A DNA stretch of 64,000 nt from a virus: positions 37,721 through 101,720 of IMG/VR virus record IMGVR_UViG_3300031576_000009. One strand, written 5' to 3'. Positions 63,430 to 64,000 of this stretch are shown here, one piece after another. Below the pieces are notes generated by a model. The model did not search any database. It was not told where the DNA came from and saw only the letters and a list, made by a program, of their open reading frames with translations. The stretch's first letter is position 1. The number at the start of each line of letters is the position of its first letter. A program made the translations under genes and the position numbers.

Positions 63430-63603
63430 TCAGGCCTGTGCCTCCTCGTTCGCGATCGCCTGCGCCAGCAGGCGATCCACGGTCTCTGGGGCCTTTCTGA
63501 CCTCCGCCTGGATCGCCATTACCAGGCACCAGCAGGCATCACAGTGATACCGGCGGTGATAAGTACAGCAGCCGTCTGCCTCGTACACTACGGGTGCCGT
63601 CAT
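63430..63603 (-). CDS. small Cys/His protein
   Basis: GAGGAGGGG RBS; MTAPVVY...CCTYH..HCDAC. Confidence 0.6.
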   Translation of the reverse strand: MTAPVVYEADGCCTYHRRYHCDACWCLVMAIQAEVRKAPETVDRLLAQAIANEEAQA

Positions 63604-63922
63604 GGTCCCCTCCTCAGATGCCGAGCCGTTGGAAGGTACGTTCGACAATATCCTCCTCCTCGTCTTGTCGACTCGCGTGGCGTATCTTCATGAACCGTTC
63701 AGGCCGCTCGGTCGGCATTTCGAACAGACGATCATGGGTTCGTGCTGCACGCTCGCCCATCACCATGCGCCGATCCTCTCGGAGACCCTCACGAATCCCC
63801 TGTGGATCGGACTGGACGCGGGCGAGCTCGGCGAAGTCCTCAGTGCGTTCTTCGGAACGACTGCGACCGATGAATGCTACTGCTACAAGTGCTAGCAGGT
63901 GCCACATCGTCGACCTCCAGAC

Positions 63923-63953
63923 AAAAAAAAAGAGGGCCGCTTTCGCGACCCTC
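63923..63953 (-). terminator. intrinsic terminator
   Basis: GAGGGTCGC-GAAA-GCGGCCCTC plus T9. Confidence 0.9.
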
Positions 63954-64000
63954 CCTTTCCCGCGGTCTAGAGCAGGTCCTTCGCGCGGGCGAACCGTATG

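Noticed and set aside
1-64000. Genome-wide TAG recoding
   Set aside because: Several genes end cleanly at TAG (e.g. 783, 46979, 60426) and large genes have no internal TAG.

Overview
A ~62% GC segment of a large dsDNA bacteriophage genome. Essentially all credible genes are on the minus strand, tightly coupled by ATGA/TGATG/GTGA overlaps. In transcription order (64000 to 1): (i) early/accessory region of small ORFs separated by intrinsic terminators, with an AAA+ ATPase, ribbon-helix-helix regulators, a TopoVI-A-like TOPRIM protein and an ART-fold candidate (47.6-64 kb); (ii) T4/SPO1-style replication-recombination operon: SF2 helicase, DnaB, primase, a UDG-exonuclease-PolA polymerase split in two by an HNH endonuclease, gp32-like SSB, RecA, Mre11/Rad50, resolvase, NYN nuclease (30-47.4 kb); (iii) TerS-like HTH protein, a secreted M12B metalloprotease and a glycan module (UDP-sugar dehydrogenase, glycosyltransferases, methyltransferase) (16.4-28 kb); (iv) a late block of paralogous fibre/lectin-like proteins, many with N-terminal signal peptides, then baseplate-like proteins and four Arg-rich proteins sharing an N-terminal QR[RA]A[MI]FARL leader (0-16.4 kb). 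No large terminase, portal, capsid, integrase, tRNA or CRISPR array was recognised. Best candidates for new biology: the QRRAMFARL leader family, the signal-peptide-bearing fibre/lectin cassette, the HNH-split polymerase, and an SPFH gene whose middle is replaced by an antisense foreign gene. All family assignments come from motif recognition by eye; no database search was run.
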